Under the pieces are notes generated by a model. That model made no database searches. It saw only the letters and a list, made by a program, of their open reading frames with translations, and was not told where the DNA came from. DNA of 64,000 bases from Planctomycetota bacterium (GTDB taxonomy: Bacteria; Planctomycetota; UBA8108; SXIK01). Position numbers and translations under genes: made by a program. Every line of letters begins with the position of its first letter. Positions within the stretch are counted from its first letter, which is position 1. Shown here in pieces: positions 62,350 to 64,000 of the stretch. Location: contig OZ244999.1 in assembly GCA_965223265.1 (NCBI GenBank), forward strand, positions 704,001 through 768,000, in the 5' to 3' direction.

Positions 62350-62742
62350 ATGCAGACCGAGTTTTCCTTTCAGCTGCCTCACGGATACGTCGACCCGGAT
62401 GGCAAGGTCCATGCTGACGGTGTGATGCGTTTGGCGCGCGCCGGTGACGAAGTGTTGCTGCTCGAGGATCCGCGAGTGCAGAGTAACCGCGCCTATCTCG
62501 TCGTACTTCTCATGGCGCGAGTTCTTGTGCGGCTCGGCACGCTCGAAGGTGATGAGATCACGGAACAATGCATCGAAGGTCTCTTTTCCGCCGACCTTGC
62601 ATACTTGCAACGCTTTTACCGAAGAATCAACGGCTTGGACGCAGCGCCGGACCGTGTCTGCTGTCCGCAGTGCCAGCATCAGTTTGAGCTCAAGCACGAG
62701 GTCGATTCGATGCCATCCAGCGCGCCGGACACGCGACCGTAA
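62350..62742 (+). CDS. Phage tail-assembly-chaperone-like protein of the type found in contractile injection system loci
   Basis: QTEFSFQLPHGYVD, GVMRLA..DE, DPRVQSNRAYL, LFSADLAYLQ.FY.RIN, C-terminal CPQC. Confidence 0.7.
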   Translation: MQTEFSFQLPHGYVDPDGKVHADGVMRLARAGDEVLLLEDPRVQSNRAYLVVLLMARVLVRLGTLEGDEITEQCIEGLFSADLAYLQRFYRRINGLDAAPDRVCCPQCQHQFELKHEVDSMPSSAPDTRP

Positions 62743-62804
62743 CGCAGCGCCACGTTCGGCTCTGGTCTCCCGATTTCCTTTCTCGGGTTCGCTCGTCGAC
62801 ACTA

Positions 62805-62852
62805 TAGCCCACGCCCACGCGCAAACGGTCACGCCCGAAAACGCCCGCCACA
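62805..62852. repeat. Short CACGCC-type hexamer array between convergent genes
   Basis: GCCCACGCCCACGCGCAAACGGTCACGCCCGAAAACGCCC. Confidence 0.55.
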
Positions 62853-62871
62853 GTCGGAGAGTCGAAAAGCG

Positions 62872-64000
62872 CTAGCGCCCCAAACGCTGCAGCATCGCGC
62901 TACGGACGGTGCGCAGGCTTCGACGCGTGTTGATGTAGAAGTAGCGAATCCATGACCAGCCTTGCGACTGCAGTGGGTCCAGCGCGATTTCAGCGTCGGC
63001 ATGGCTCGCGTCTTGAGTGTTGGCCGGGGCATCAAAGCCCTGCAGCAGCGGCTCAATGTTCGGAGCGGGAGGCAGCAGTGAGGCGACGTGATCGAGGGCC
63101 GTCCGCGCCATGCGGGCGCTCGCGACAACGAACGCGTCGACTGTTTCGGGATCTGACAAAGCAGCCAGATAGCCCTCGAAGAGCTCGAGATCTCCCTCCA
63201 TGCGATGCGTCGAGCGCACGAGCATTTCAAGCCCTCGCTGCGCCTCCGGCCGGACTCCGCACTGGCGCATCTCGAGCGCCGTAATGAATTCCCGTCGGAC
63301 CTCCTTCAGGCTCCGCTTCCACTCGGCAAGCTGCGTCGCATCGACCGCGCCGGCATCGATCTGGTGCCAAATCGTCTTGTAGTGATTCACGGCCGTGTGC
63401 ACCGATCCGGCCCACGCGTTCGCAAGTTCGGACAGGCCGCTCAGTCCGCGTGCGACCGCCTGAGCGGCCGGCAACTCAGGCGAGTAGTACCAGCGCAGGG
63501 CCGCTGCCATCGCTTGCTCCGGTACGTAGTCGTGGGTGTTCCAAGCGTAAGCCATGGCCGTCGCGGCCGCTGCCGCATAGGCGTCGAGCGGGCGTGCAGA
63601 GTTCAGATAGTAGCCGCGCACTTCTTTGCCGAAGTCGCTCGGGCGCGCGGTGAGCGGGAAGGGCCAGAGTGCACCGTGCCGGTAGTCGTTGATCTGTTCG
63701 TTATCGAAGAAGATAGGTTTGCGGCCGACGAGGTCGGTGAACTCGCTCTTCAGATCTTGCTGGTAGACCCCTGGGTGCCCGCCCCAAAAGTTTGCCAGGT
63801 AGACCTCGATGTCCGCCGGGAGGTCGCGGCCGTAAGTCTCGAGATAGCGGCGCTGCTCCGCGGTTTCTTCGGCGTCAGCCCGGCCACTCCATTTCGCGTT
63901 CATTTGGCCGGGGTACCAGTAAAACTGCGGACAGCAGAAGAATTCGACGCGACTCCCTGTGACTTCCTGGAGTCGAGCGTAGATCTCTCCTGCGAGCGCG
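62872..64000 (-). CDS. GH84-like beta-N-acetylglucosaminidase domain protein (5'-truncated)
   Basis: Frame open to the window edge; FFCCPQFY, LPADIEV and IFFDNEQINDY resemble GH84 FCPTEY / WDNYPVND. Confidence 0.55.
   Translation of the reverse strand, partial: ALAGEIYARLQEVTGSRVEFFCCPQFYWYPGQMNAKWSGRADAEETAEQRRYLETYGRDLPADIEVYLANFWGGHPGVYQQDLKSEFTDLVGRKPIFFDNEQINDYRHGALWPFPLTARPSDFGKEVRGYYLNSARPLDAYAAAAATAMAYAWNTHDYVPEQAMAAALRWYYSPELPAAQAVARGLSGLSELANAWAGSVHTAVNHYKTIWHQIDAGAVDATQLAEWKRSLKEVRREFITALEMRQCGVRPEAQRGLEMLVRSTHRMEGDLELFEGYLAALSDPETVDAFVVASARMARTALDHVASLLPPAPNIEPLLQGFDAPANTQDASHADAEIALDPLQSQGWSWIRYFYINTRRSLRTVRSAMLQRLGR

Overview
GC-rich (roughly 60-65% by eye) chromosomal window, most likely from a Planctomycetota bacterium (inference from two C-terminal Planctomycete-type dockerin-like domains, HEAT-repeat proteins, a secreted Gfo/Idh/MocA protein and a DUF3187-like protein). 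Most of it is housekeeping and metabolism: polA, proB, ppdK, ptsP, ogt, msrP, RluA, ALDH, a MoxR/DUF58/transglutaminase triad, two rhomboids and a GH57-GlgA glycogen fusion. The unusual content is intergenic. (1) A family of degenerate hexamer arrays recurs at 6 or more loci and brackets a four-helix-bundle (Avd/23S-IVP-like) gene; an apparently 'empty' version of that cassette lies at ~20 kb. (2) An IS110/IS1111-type element is inserted into one such array. Its 3' non-coding region folds into two bridge-RNA-like internal loops whose guides match the hexamer target and the element's own ends, and an exact vacant target exists at 45354-45366. (3) A ~310-bp ORF-less structured element at 34.3-34.6 kb is bounded by inverted repeats resembling the IS110 ends (candidate stand-alone bridge RNA). 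(4) There are two copies of a palindromic CTAG-targeting MITE. No rRNA, tRNA or CRISPR array was recognised. All family assignments are by motif recognition; no database searches were run.
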